From: a virus
Taxonomy: Duplodnaviria; Caudoviricetes
Direction: 5' to 3' (one strand)
IMG/VR virus record: IMGVR_UViG_3300044453_000070
Coordinates: 1-27,173 of that record
DNA: 27,173 nt
Shown: in pieces, positions 8,703 to 16,805 of the stretch
How positions within the stretch are numbered: the first letter of the stretch is position 1
How the letters are laid out: every line of letters starts with the position of its first letter
Made by a program: the position numbers and the translations under genes
Notes under the pieces: generated by a model
Told to the model about the DNA's origin: nothing
What the model saw: the letters and a program-made list of their open reading frames with translations, nothing else
The model's database searches: none

Positions 8703-8996
8703 CTATGCCCAAGCTACGCTAGACGTGCGTCGAAGCGTCGGGCGGATTTCATCCTCGATCAGTTCGTCAAGAACGCTGTCGTCGTCCTCGGCCATCTCGG
8801 CGACGAGCGATGACATCATGCGGCTCATCGGCAGACCATTGTCGAGGTTCTTGCCGTTGACATAGACGGCATTGACGGCCACGACAGGTTCGCCATCCTC
8901 GTATTCGAGGCTGCAGTCCATGACGACATCAAGGCCCTCGATGATGTTGGTTCCGAGCACGTCGTCGCGGATGTCGTACTGGCGGGAGATGCGCAT
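8703..8996 (-). CDS. hypothetical acidic phage protein
   Basis: RBS AAGGAG; strongly Asp/Glu-rich. Confidence 0.65.
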   Translation of the reverse strand: MRISRQYDIRDDVLGTNIIEGLDVVMDCSLEYEDGEPVVAVNAVYVNGKNLDNGLPMSRMMSSLVAEMAEDDDSVLDELIEDEIRPTLRRTSSVAWA

Positions 8997-8997
8997 G

Positions 8998-9192
8998 TCA
9001 GGACTCCTTTGCCTCTAGGCGTGACCGATGCACAACCCAACGTGCATGTTCATCGCCAGCTTTGGCCTCAATGACAATCTTGGCTGCTTGGCTGGGCGTA
9101 AAGCCACACTCCTTGAGGATACGGTAGTCATCGACCTGTACCCAAAGCGGGCTATGAACGCCGCCGCCTGCTTGCTCTTCGGCGTCCATCAC
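8998..9192 (-). CDS. hypothetical phage protein
   Basis: 64 aa, RBS AAGGAGG. Confidence 0.6.
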   Translation of the reverse strand: MMDAEEQAGGGVHSPLWVQVDDYRILKECGFTPSQAAKIVIEAKAGDEHARWVVHRSRLEAKES

Positions 9193-9731
9193 AGTGCCTC
9201 CTTGGCGCGGGCGATGAGGTCGCGGAGTTTGCGGATCACGTCCGTCTGCCCGTCCACAATGCGCCCCATTTCATCGTTGACGCGAGCGTACCGAACTAGA
9301 GTTGCAACAAGCGGGTCCATCTCCTTCACCAGCGCCTTAAGCGCGGCGTTCTCGGCGTCCGCATCGTTCGCTCGGCGGCGCTCATAGTTTGCTTGGTCGT
9401 TGCAATCGGCCTTTGCCCGGTATGCGGCAGCGAGGCGGTTCGAAAGGGTGCTGATATCCGCTTTAAGCGCGGCGTTTTCGGCAGCGAGGTCAACTGGCGC
9501 TGCGGGCACGCTCGGCGCGTCAGGCTCGAATACAACGGCGACAATCCGCTCATTGTCGTTCTGTTCCCAGCCGAGAACGCCGCCGCCGTCGACGGCCCAT
9601 CCACGGCCATCGCCAGACAGAACGATCATGGCCGGTACGTCAAACGTTCGGTCAGCCATCATCGGGCCGATCTCATCGCCACCAGCGGTTAGATAGATTC
9701 CACCGCTTACAAGGGTGATCTTGTCCATCAT
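9189..9731 (-). CDS. hypothetical protein with coiled-coil C-terminus
   Basis: RBS GAGGAG; AENAALKA occurs twice. Confidence 0.65.
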   Translation of the reverse strand: MMDKITLVSGGIYLTAGGDEIGPMMADRTFDVPAMIVLSGDGRGWAVDGGGVLGWEQNDNERIVAVVFEPDAPSVPAAPVDLAAENAALKADISTLSNRLAAAYRAKADCNDQANYERRRANDADAENAALKALVKEMDPLVATLVRYARVNDEMGRIVDGQTDVIRKLRDLIARAKEAL

Positions 9732-9756
9732 CCGTCTCCTCTAGTCCGTTGGGAAT

Positions 9757-9775
9757 GAGCCCCGCGTGGGGGCTC
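9757..9775. terminator. GC hairpin in leftward operon (terminator or processing site)
   Basis: GAGCCCC-gcgtg-GGGGCTC; no clear U-tract. Confidence 0.35.
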
Positions 9776-9787
9776 TAACCGAAGAGC

Positions 9788-9982
9788 CTAGGCGGGAACG
9801 ATCCGGCCGTTCTTGGCTTCACGGCGTTCGCGAGCACGGCGAACCTGTCGGCTCTCAATGATCGGTTCGATTGTCGGCTCCTGCTCGACATGCTCATTCG
9901 CCTCAGCGTCCTGCGCGCTGCTCGTGAGCGCGGCGGCATGCAGCAGCCCAGCGATGGCAAACATCCTGCTTGTTGAGATCAT
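9788..9982 (-). CDS. small protein with Arg-rich C-terminal motif
   Basis: RBS AGGAG; ..ESRQVRRARERREAKNGR. Confidence 0.6.
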   Translation of the reverse strand: MISTSRMFAIAGLLHAAALTSSAQDAEANEHVEQEPTIEPIIESRQVRRARERREAKNGRIVPA

Positions 9983-10017
9983 GTCGGTATCTCCTGTGTT
10001 CGATGGAATGGGACGGC

Positions 10018-10206
10018 TCAGAACTTCCAGCCGTGCTTGTAGTACTGCGTGCTGAGCCAATGGCCGGCGAGCAGATCGGCGGTGCGTGCGGGGAGCTTGG
10101 CGCGCTCGACCAGCAGCAAGGCGACGCCAGCGCGGTCCATGCGGCGCTTGGCCGTGAAGCGGTAGATGGCGGCGGTGCGGATTTCCTGAACGGTGAAGCG
10201 GCGCAT
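10018..10206 (-). CDS. first gene of leftward early operon, hypothetical
   Basis: RBS AGGAG; MRRFTVQEIRTAA.. Confidence 0.6.
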   Translation of the reverse strand: MRRFTVQEIRTAAIYRFTAKRRMDRAGVALLLVERAKLPARTADLLAGHWLSTQYYKHGWKF

Positions 10207-10232
10207 GGGTGTCTCCTGTGTTCGACTGGGAC

Positions 10233-10283
10233 ATCTATTGCATGAGATGCAGACCACGTCAACAGGAAAGTGCATGACATGCA
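10233..10283 (-). promoter_or_regulatory. leftward early promoter with two operators (OL-like)
   Basis: TGCATGAGATGCA 10239-10251 and TGCATGACATGCA 10271-10283 flank minus-strand TTGACG (10262-10257). Confidence 0.75.
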
Positions 10284-10308
10284 GGTTCCGGCGTGGTATG
10301 CCGGCGTC

Positions 10309-10650
10309 ATGGATTACGAAGCGATCTACAGCAGGAACCGCGTGACCTGGCTCTATGAGGCGGCGAGAAGCCCGAAGCTCTCGGCCTCGGCGGTGCGCGT
10401 CGGGCTGGTCTTTGCCACGTTCATGAACCCCTCGACGGGGCGCGAACGCGTGCGGCCGAAGTACGAATGGCTGATGAAGGCGGCGCACATGAGCCGCGCC
10501 ACGCTGGCGAAGTCGCTGAAGGAGTTGGAGGACGCTGGCTTTATCGAGGTCGTGCGCTACCGGCGGTCGGGTAACTACTACACGATGCCCTTCGACGGGA
10601 CCGCGCTCTGGCGTCCCGGAACTTTGAGTTCAGAAATTGAACTACCTTAG
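10309..10650 (+). CDS. winged-helix DNA-binding protein resembling phage replication-initiator N-terminal domain
   Basis: KLSASAVRVGLVFATFMN..RP....LMKAAHMSRATLAKSLKELEDAGFIEV..R..GNYY. Confidence 0.75.
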   Translation: MDYEAIYSRNRVTWLYEAARSPKLSASAVRVGLVFATFMNPSTGRERVRPKYEWLMKAAHMSRATLAKSLKELEDAGFIEVVRYRRSGNYYTMPFDGTALWRPGTLSSEIELP

Positions 10651-10730
10651 ATATATGGTCTTTCTACCTCTCTCTAGGAGTTAGATAGAGACCATATATC
10701 TAATAGGAGTTTAGAAATTGAACTCAAAGT
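10621..10730. repeat. 110-bp AT-rich nested inverted/direct repeat
   Basis: 12-bp perfect outer IR (10621-10632/10719-10730); 15-bp perfect inner IR (10647-10661/10689-10703); GAGTTYAGAAATTGAACT twice. Confidence 0.9.
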
Positions 10731-10739
10731 GCGGCGAGG

Positions 10740-11075
10740 CTAGTTGGCCTTCCGCATGACGAACTCGATGAACTCGGATATTTGCCGTCTCGTATCGGGA
10801 TCGGCAGCACGGAAAAGCCGCTCGGCATCGATCACGGCGCCCGCTCCCTGCGGATTGCGGTTGAGCAAATCCCACGGTTCGCAGGACAGGGCTTCGGCCG
10901 CCCTTTCAAGGAAGTCCTGATTGTAGGGCACGCGCCCGGCCTCGATGCGGCCCCAGGTCGTTGCCGACACGTCTAGCTGTTCGGCAGCCGCTTCCTGCGT
11001 CATGCCGCGAAACTCGCGCCATTCCTTGATGTAGTGCCGGCGTCTCTGCCGGGGCGGGCGCTTTACGGGTGGCAT
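10740..11075 (-). CDS. XRE-family HTH repressor (CI-like; no peptidase domain)
   Basis: IKEWREFRGMTQEAAAEQLDVSATTWGRIEAG; divergent from cro-like gene. Confidence 0.85.
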   Translation of the reverse strand: MPPVKRPPRQRRRHYIKEWREFRGMTQEAAAEQLDVSATTWGRIEAGRVPYNQDFLERAAEALSCEPWDLLNRNPQGAGAVIDAERLFRAADPDTRRQISEFIEFVMRKAN

Positions 11076-11111
11076 GGGGGAGATTCACCACACCCGGGTT
11101 TCAGAAGCCAG

Positions 11112-11161
11112 AACATCGCATGCAGAATGTGCTTGACATGCAGTCTGCATGAGATGCATAT
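11112..11161 (+). promoter_or_regulatory. rightward early promoter with three operators (OR-like)
   Basis: AACATCGCATGCA 11112-11124, TGCTTGACATGCA 11130-11142, TGCATGAGATGCA 11146-11158; TTGACA 11133 - N17 - GCATAT. Confidence 0.8.
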
Positions 11162-11168
11162 GGGCGCC

Positions 11169-11366
11169 ATGACATTCGATGAATTCCTCACGAAGAAGAA
11201 GATCACCAACGCGGAGGCGGCCATTCGCCTCGGTCGCGACCAGACGATCATCGGACGGTACAGGGCTCGGTCTGTGACGCCTTCGCCCGAGATCATTGCA
11301 GAGATCGTGGATTGGTCGCGCGGCAAGGTATCGCCCCGCGAGCTTTTGAAGGAGGCGGCAGAATGA
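11169..11366 (+). CDS. Cro-like HTH protein
   Basis: MTFDEFLTKKKITNAEAAIRLGRDQTIIGRY..PSPEII..S.GKVSPREL. Confidence 0.85.
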   Translation: MTFDEFLTKKKITNAEAAIRLGRDQTIIGRYRARSVTPSPEIIAEIVDWSRGKVSPRELLKEAAE

Positions 11367-11857
11367 CCGGCTACGTGTACGCCATAGAGTGCAATGGCCG
11401 CGTCAAGATTGGCTACTCCGCGCAGCCTGAGAAGCGGTTCTCCAAGGTCGCTTCGGATGCGCCGTTCCCATGCGTCTTGCTCGGCTATTGGCCTGGCGAT
11501 GTCTCGGACGAACTTGCTGTTCATGGGCGGTTCAACCCTATACGGGTTCACGGCGAATGGTTCGCGGCAACTCAAGAGCTGCTTGCGTTCATTGCGGATA
11601 ACGTTGTCCCGATGGAGAACAAGGCGATCCGCCCGGATGACTCTCCGCTGACCATGTGGCGCAAGAAGCAGCGTATGACACAGGCTGACTTCGCCGAGCG
11701 CATGAGCGTTTCCCCGAAGACGGTTATCCGGTGGGAAAGCGGCGAGCCACGTATCCCAGTCAAGAGGCTTCAGGACGCTGCGGATGTGCTTGGCGTTCAT
11801 CGCCACTTGCTGCGCCCCGACCTGTACGCAGGAATGAAGATGGAGAACGCACAATGA
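11363..11857 (+). CDS. GIY-YIG-like (T5orf172/MUG113-type) nuclease fused to XRE/Cro HTH
   Basis: GYVYAI..VKIGYS..E..VH.RF..GEWF then WRKKQRMTQADFAERMSVSPKTVIRWESG..LRPDLY. Confidence 0.8.
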   Translation: MTGYVYAIECNGRVKIGYSAQPEKRFSKVASDAPFPCVLLGYWPGDVSDELAVHGRFNPIRVHGEWFAATQELLAFIADNVVPMENKAIRPDDSPLTMWRKKQRMTQADFAERMSVSPKTVIRWESGEPRIPVKRLQDAADVLGVHRHLLRPDLYAGMKMENAQ

Positions 11858-12054
11858 GCGACGACGTGCGGGCGCTGGTTGAAGAGGCAATAGCGGCCGG
11901 TCGTCTGACACGAGTCGAAGTGGGAGCGCGCTCTAGGCCGGTTCGCAAGCTTGAAGAGAAGCCGGTGAGGTTCGCGCCCGAACTTTGCGGGAAGGGCGAC
12001 AAGGTATCGCGCCTCCCGCGCTTGGACGAACTCGATGGCGACTGGTGTGGGTGA
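11854..12054 (+). CDS. hypothetical phage protein
   Basis: MSDDVRALVEEAIAAGRLTRV; ATGA overlap. Confidence 0.55.
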   Translation: MSDDVRALVEEAIAAGRLTRVEVGARSRPVRKLEEKPVRFAPELCGKGDKVSRLPRLDELDGDWCG

Positions 12055-12056
12055 TG

Positions 12057-12335
12057 TCAGTGCATCGGCTCTTCCCTCGGCAGCATCCCAGCCTCTCCAA
12101 ACACGGACAGGCCAAACAGACCGGCAGCTTTGAATATAGCCGGTGGAATAGCCTGCTTCGGAAGAACGATGCGTGCGACGACTACCCTCTCTCTGCTCCC
12201 ATCGTGCGGGGAGATCATGTTGGCGCAATAGGTGATCCTGAAACAGTCTCCGCCGATGTCGTCTATGGCGTGAACCTCGGATGCAAACGTGTCGATGACG
12301 GCAAACGGCTCCGTGACATGAGCAAGATGGAACAT
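12057..12335 (-). CDS. hypothetical protein, opposite strand
   Basis: 92 aa after GAGGGGG; protein-like composition. Confidence 0.55.
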   Translation of the reverse strand: MFHLAHVTEPFAVIDTFASEVHAIDDIGGDCFRITYCANMISPHDGSRERVVVARIVLPKQAIPPAIFKAAGLFGLSVFGEAGMLPREEPMH

Positions 12336-12649
12336 GACTACCCCCTCGGTACTGGTCGGTCCCTACGGGGTGAATATCAGCACGGTCTAACTGAGTCGGC
12401 AAACGTTCAATCGCATAGGACCAAGGTCCGAACGTAGCGTGATCAACGGTTTGCGGTCGCCTATGGTGTGATCGCGCCATGACGTTAGGGAAGGTGAGAA
12501 GATGGACGGGCAGGCGAAGTTGAAGAAGGGCGATATCGTACGGCGCGTTAAGCCCAGTGCCAATCCCGCTGAGTTTGGCGAGTATGGGCAAACATACGAG
12601 GTTTTGGGCGTAAGTACGCTCGGCATCGTTGTCGTTGAGGGCGGGCCCA

Positions 12650-12862
12650 GTGACAGGTCGCCAGATATTGACCGTGGTAGACATCTACAAGCCGGGCAGG
12701 TTCCCCACTCGTGTTTTCTATACGATGAAGTGGGTGACGCCAGACGGCAAGGGCGGTCTGAAGATGACCACAGTCGATGCGTTTCGTCGCCGTGCCCTTG
12801 GGTTCATGCATGGTCAGTGGACGCTTCGTGAGCCGGAAGTGGCCGATCAAGGTTGTCATTAG
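12650..12862 (+). CDS. hypothetical phage protein
   Basis: GTG start; overlaps competing ORF 12502-12831, so the call is uncertain. Confidence 0.35.
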   Translation: MTGRQILTVVDIYKPGRFPTRVFYTMKWVTPDGKGGLKMTTVDAFRRRALGFMHGQWTLREPEVADQGCH

Positions 12863-12953
12863 CTGCTGGCCGGAGAGCATTGCGAGGACAGGATAGGCCC
12901 TCCGGCCAGCGTACCGGGCGGCGGGAATGCCCGGATAGGAAAGGACTGGTTCG

Positions 12954-13124
12954 ATGATCTGGATTGGCTTGTGCGTTTATCTGTATGTCGCTGGAGCGGT
13001 CGGTATTCTGATCCTGTTTAGCGACATTCTTCCCAGCTACCGACGCGGTATGCGGTTCTGGTTGATGCTGCTGGCTTGGCCGGTAGCGGTTCCATTGAGC
13101 CTCGTCATTGCCGCGTTGGATTGA
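12954..13124 (+). CDS. small two-helix membrane protein (56 aa, not in ORF track)
   Basis: RBS AAAGGA; MIWIGLCVYLYVAGAVGILILFSDILPSYRRGMRFWLMLLAWPVAVPLSLVIAALD. Confidence 0.6.
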   Translation: MIWIGLCVYLYVAGAVGILILFSDILPSYRRGMRFWLMLLAWPVAVPLSLVIAALD

Positions 13125-13277
13125 TTCTGCGGGGCCGTTTATACAGCGCCCCGGACTGTGGTTAAGCCGCGCGTCAAGTTCTTGCAGGAGCCGTGACGCG
13201 GCGCGTTCGATAGGTTCCAAACCTCCTGTGTGTGTCTCGATCTTCATGACCGAGAACGTAAGACAGGAGCCGAGTGT

Positions 13278-13664
13278 ATGTCTGACACGAGACGGGTCAC
13301 ATCCGACCCGAAGCGGGATGAGACGATGAGCGTAGCAGCACAAGAGGCGTTTGATTACCTGAACGCGTTGCAGAAGATGGAGTATCGCGGCTGGGGCGAC
13401 ACGGCCACCGCCGCGAGGGACAGGGCGGCAAGAAAGGCCGGGGTTACACCGGCTCAAGCTGAACGGGTGTGGAAGCGTTGGCAGTCGATGAAGACCGTGA
13501 ACGGGGACGTGTATCGCGCCCTTCGCAATCGGTACGAGGCGCTGTGTCAGCGGATTGAAAACGCCGCAGACGTGATCGACAAGCGGGCGGCAGAAATCGA
13601 GGCAAGAAATGCGGCTGTGGAGAAGCTTGGGGAAGCTGGCCAGAGCAATCGGACGGTGGATTAG
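13278..13664 (+). CDS. HTH-like regulator (CII-like position)
   Basis: RBS AGGAG; GDTATAARDRAARKAGVTPAQAERVW. Confidence 0.6.
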   Translation: MSDTRRVTSDPKRDETMSVAAQEAFDYLNALQKMEYRGWGDTATAARDRAARKAGVTPAQAERVWKRWQSMKTVNGDVYRALRNRYEALCQRIENAADVIDKRAAEIEARNAAVEKLGEAGQSNRTVD

Positions 13665-13685
13665 GGCAAAGGCGAAAAGGAAACG

Positions 13686-13904
13686 ATGATGACCGACTAT
13701 AGCGTGAATCTGAACCAGGCCGAATGCCTCAAGAGCATGTCGCACTTCGGTTACGAACGCATCCACAATGTCTGCAACGGCACCTTTGTGGACGTTCAGT
13801 GGGGGATTGGGGAGTGGGGAATAAACGCAATAATGGCGATTCTCCTAGTGGTGGTCGTCGTCGTGGCTGTTGGCATGGTCCGCCTGCTCTGGACCGATCT
13901 TTGA
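13686..13904 (+). CDS. small membrane protein
   Basis: RBS AAGGA; C-terminal TM helix. Confidence 0.6.
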   Translation: MMTDYSVNLNQAECLKSMSHFGYERIHNVCNGTFVDVQWGIGEWGINAIMAILLVVVVVVAVGMVRLLWTDL

Positions 13905-14070
13905 GGCAATAAGGCTCTGGCTAGAGAGGAAACGGAAATGACAGAAATGTGGGACTTGGCTCTCGTGCTTGGCGTGCTGGTCTTGGCCGCTGGGCTGGTG
14001 CGCTTCGCAATCGGTAAGTAACCGCGTCCCCCCCCACGGCGGGGCCAGCCGTATCAATCGGCGGGGATAA

Positions 14071-14493
14071 ATGGAACCGCTCTGGTACTTAACGAAGGAC
14101 GGCGATGCGACGTGTCTCAGCCTCTATGAGCGACACTACAGCTGCTACCGTTACAAAGACGGTAGAAAGCGACGCCTGTTCGTTGGCCCCGGAGAAAAAA
14201 TCGTACTTCGCACTGGAGATGGAGACGCCTTCTTTGTCTGGCGCAGGTTCATCGATGATTCAGGGCAGGAAGGCGTCAACTGCGCCGCCTTCAGGAATGA
14301 GAGCGGAATCAGGTCGTCCGACCTTATCAGACAGGCAGATGCAATCGCTGATCACGTCTGGCCTGGTGAGAGGCATTACACATACGTCGATCCGCAAGCA
14401 GTCAGGAGCCGCAATCCGGGATTCTGCTTTATGGCCGCTGGATGGCGGAAATGCGGATTAACCAAGGGCGGTTTGTTGGTGTTGGAGCGTTGA
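14071..14493 (+). CDS. putative Mom-like (GNAT-fold) protein
   Basis: RHYS near N-terminus, SSDLI, TYVDP..NPGFCFMAAGW; family call from motif recall. Confidence 0.55.
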   Translation: MEPLWYLTKDGDATCLSLYERHYSCYRYKDGRKRRLFVGPGEKIVLRTGDGDAFFVWRRFIDDSGQEGVNCAAFRNESGIRSSDLIRQADAIADHVWPGERHYTYVDPQAVRSRNPGFCFMAAGWRKCGLTKGGLLVLER

Positions 14494-14540
14494 GTGCCGG
14501 GCGGCTGGCGTGTGCCGTATCAATCAGCGGGGATACTCCC

Positions 14541-14987
14541 ATGCATGACGATGACTACGACGGATCGGCGGGGCCGTTCCATCCTGTGTTTGTGTTTGGC
14601 GGCGCGCTGGCGCTTGGGCTCGTGCTGGTTATGGGCTTGCTTGCGTTCTGGTTCACCATAGTGTCGCCGGCTGCGGCGCATGACGCCAAGCCGACAAGGC
14701 AGCAGCCTCTTGGTTGGACGTACCCGAGCAGGAGCTGCTGGTCTGCATCGAACGCGCCAGCCGGCCGTCTTGGTGACTGTGCTGATATCCCCAATCACGC
14801 CGTGAAGGTCGGTCCAGACGGCTACGTGGTGACGCTGGAACCCGGCGAACACCCAATGGTCACGGAGCGAATTTCATACGTCATACCCTACGCGGAGGCA
14901 GAGCAGTCTCCAGATGGCCGCTACCATCTTTGCATCAGTTCGACGTTGAAGCGGCGGTGCTTCTTCGCAGGCGCGAGGATGGGATGA
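14541..14987 (+). CDS. membrane-anchored or exported Cys-containing protein
   Basis: TM helix then AAAHDA..GWTYP..C..SPDGRYHLC..RCFF. Confidence 0.7.
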   Translation: MHDDDYDGSAGPFHPVFVFGGALALGLVLVMGLLAFWFTIVSPAAAHDAKPTRQQPLGWTYPSRSCWSASNAPAGRLGDCADIPNHAVKVGPDGYVVTLEPGEHPMVTERISYVIPYAEAEQSPDGRYHLCISSTLKRRCFFAGARMG

Positions 14988-15514
14988 TGCAGCAGTGCAG
15001 AGACAGGCGAGGCGACCGCTTCGGTTCGCTGGTGGCCTTCGAGGCAACGCATAGGGTGCTGTCGAGCGGGCGCAGGATGCCGGCATGGAAGCTCCGATGC
15101 GATTGCGGGAATACCGTCGTCGCCATGACGGTGAACCTGACGAAGGGAAAGCATCAGTCGTGCGGGTGCCAGAAGGCGAAACTCAACGCTTTGGCGAAGC
15201 CGGGCGACACGAAGAATCCAGAGTATCGCGTCTATCGCCAGATGCTGAATCGGTGCTCGTTGCCGACCGCGCCGAACTACCGCTACTACGGCGGCAAGGG
15301 CGTCGATGTCTGCGCAAGGTGGCGCTTTGGCGCCGAAGGGAAGACGGGGTTCCAGACGTTCTTGGCAGATATGGGGCCGCGCCCTGACGGCCTGACGCTG
15401 GATAGGATTGACCCGTTCGGAGATTACAAGCCGGATAATTGCCGATGGGCAACTTGGGCGACGCAATCGACCAACCGGCGCAAGAGCGCTCACAAGCCCG
15501 ATGCGGGGTTCTGA
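14984..15514 (+). CDS. HNH-type homing endonuclease-like protein
   Basis: RCDCG..SCGC..YYGGKGVDVCARW..FLADMGPRP..TLDRID..DYKPDNCRWAT. Confidence 0.85.
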   Translation: MMQQCRDRRGDRFGSLVAFEATHRVLSSGRRMPAWKLRCDCGNTVVAMTVNLTKGKHQSCGCQKAKLNALAKPGDTKNPEYRVYRQMLNRCSLPTAPNYRYYGGKGVDVCARWRFGAEGKTGFQTFLADMGPRPDGLTLDRIDPFGDYKPDNCRWATWATQSTNRRKSAHKPDAGF

Positions 15515-15771
15515 TGCGCCCGACATACGAAGAAACCCTATCCTACCTCACGGGTCTTGCGCCGCTCGGCGAGCCAATCGAAGTTCCCATTGAGTGGATC
15601 ATGGCCGATCTCGGCTTGCGCACGCGAGCGAACTGGTACGTGCGTCTAAATGGCTTGATCAATGAAGGCTGCGTGCGTCGCATAGCCTGCGGCGCGGGCA
15701 TGTCTACTGGCGTGCTCATGGTCACCAAGGCGCTGGAGCCGGGGCGAAAGCCGATGGAGCATGCCGCCTGA
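15514..15771 (+). CDS. hypothetical, possible winged-helix protein
   Basis: IMADLGLRTRANWYVRLNGLINEGCVRR; TGATG overlaps. Confidence 0.55.
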   Translation: MRPTYEETLSYLTGLAPLGEPIEVPIEWIMADLGLRTRANWYVRLNGLINEGCVRRIACGAGMSTGVLMVTKALEPGRKPMEHAA

Positions 15772-16085
15772 TGCCTCTCCCCCGCTATGCGGCCAAACGC
15801 GACATCTCCGAGCCCGAGATCGTGCGGGCTCTGGAGCAATGCGGCTTCTCGGTCGAGCGGATGGATACCCCGGTCGATTTGCTCGTGAGCTTTCGCCAGC
15901 ACTGTTGGCTAGTGGAATGCAAGACAGGCAAGGGCAAGTTGAACGCGAACCAGAAGGCATTCCTTGACCGCTGGAAAGGCCCTCCGGTCGTCGTCCTACG
16001 GGATGCGCAGGAGGCGATAGATTTCGCCGTCGAGATGGCGCAGCGCATTCAGGCGTGCCCATCAAATTGGCGAGTTGATAGGTAG
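15771..16085 (+). CDS. VRR-NUC / PD-(D/E)xK nuclease (possible resolvase)
   Basis: EPEIVRAL..PVDLLV..LVECKT.KGKLNANQ..F...W. Confidence 0.8.
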   Translation: MPLPRYAAKRDISEPEIVRALEQCGFSVERMDTPVDLLVSFRQHCWLVECKTGKGKLNANQKAFLDRWKGPPVVVLRDAQEAIDFAVEMAQRIQACPSNWRVDR

Positions 16086-16100
16086 GGTGGAGATAGAGAC

Positions 16101-16805
16101 GTGAGCAACCCCTGTCTAGAAGCCGTTGAGCAAGAGCTAGGCACGGCCGGCGTTCCCTACCGTGTCAGCATGGGCGGCAAGCACATCCACGTTCACTACG
16201 GCAACGAGCATGAAAACCTGCATGTGGTGGCCGCTACGCCGAGCGACTGGCGCGCTCCCCTAAACGAGCGTTCTCTGATCCGGCGCGAGTTGCGACGGCT
16301 TGGCTTGGTCGATGAAGACCAGACGCCAGCGAGGAACGCCGTGGTGGTTCTCCGGGATGGCAGCCCCACATGCACCAGCTACGACGTAGCCGAGAGCTTT
16401 TCCAAGGCGCACAAGGATGTGCTGCGCGCGATCGATCGCATTCGCGAGGAATGCGGGCCGGAATTCGACCGGCGCAATTTTGCGCCGATTGACTACAAGG
16501 ACGCTAAGGGCCGGACATATCGGGCTTTCAGCATGACGCGGGGCGGCTTTACGCTGGTCGTCATGAGCTTCACCGGCCGCGCCGCCACCGAATGGAAGGT
16601 CAAGTACATCGATGCGTTCAACGCTCTTGAGGCGGAGATCGCGCGGCTTTCAAACGGTGGCGAGATTGCCCAACTCCGCGCCGAGATGGACGCGCTCGTG
16701 TCTCTCATGGGTGAGGTAGAGACAAAGGCCATACCGCCGCCGCAGCGTGTCAGGAAAGCGCCATTCGTGCGCCCGTCGGTGCTGCGAAGGATGCGCCGAC
16801 GATGA
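16101..16805 (+). CDS. Rha-family regulator with extra N-terminal domain
   Basis: TSYDVAESFSKAHKDVLRAID..NF....YKD..GR..MTRGGFTLVVMSFTG..A..WK..YIDAFN. Confidence 0.88.
   Translation: MSNPCLEAVEQELGTAGVPYRVSMGGKHIHVHYGNEHENLHVVAATPSDWRAPLNERSLIRRELRRLGLVDEDQTPARNAVVVLRDGSPTCTSYDVAESFSKAHKDVLRAIDRIREECGPEFDRRNFAPIDYKDAKGRTYRAFSMTRGGFTLVVMSFTGRAATEWKVKYIDAFNALEAEIARLSNGGEIAQLRAEMDALVSLMGEVETKAIPPPQRVRKAPFVRPSVLRRMRRR

Noticed and set aside
10621-10730. Protelomerase telRL site, CRISPR array or MITE
   Set aside because: The palindrome centre is imperfect, no protelomerase is seen and the phage has an integrase; only two repeat units and no cas genes; no target duplication seen
11063-12684. Long minus-strand ORFs 11063-11911 and 11797-12684
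   Set aside because: Shadows of cro, the nuclease-HTH fusion and neighbours; unlike the intein-nested ORFs they show no domain motifs
12502-12831. 109-aa ORF with plausible N-terminus
   Set aside because: Conflicts with the overlapping ORF 12650-12862; may be a frameshifted remnant, but this cannot be resolved without homologues
12804-13766. 320-aa minus-strand ORF
   Set aside because: Overlaps better-supported plus-strand genes and has no recognisable motif; a shorter product from ATG 13247 cannot be excluded
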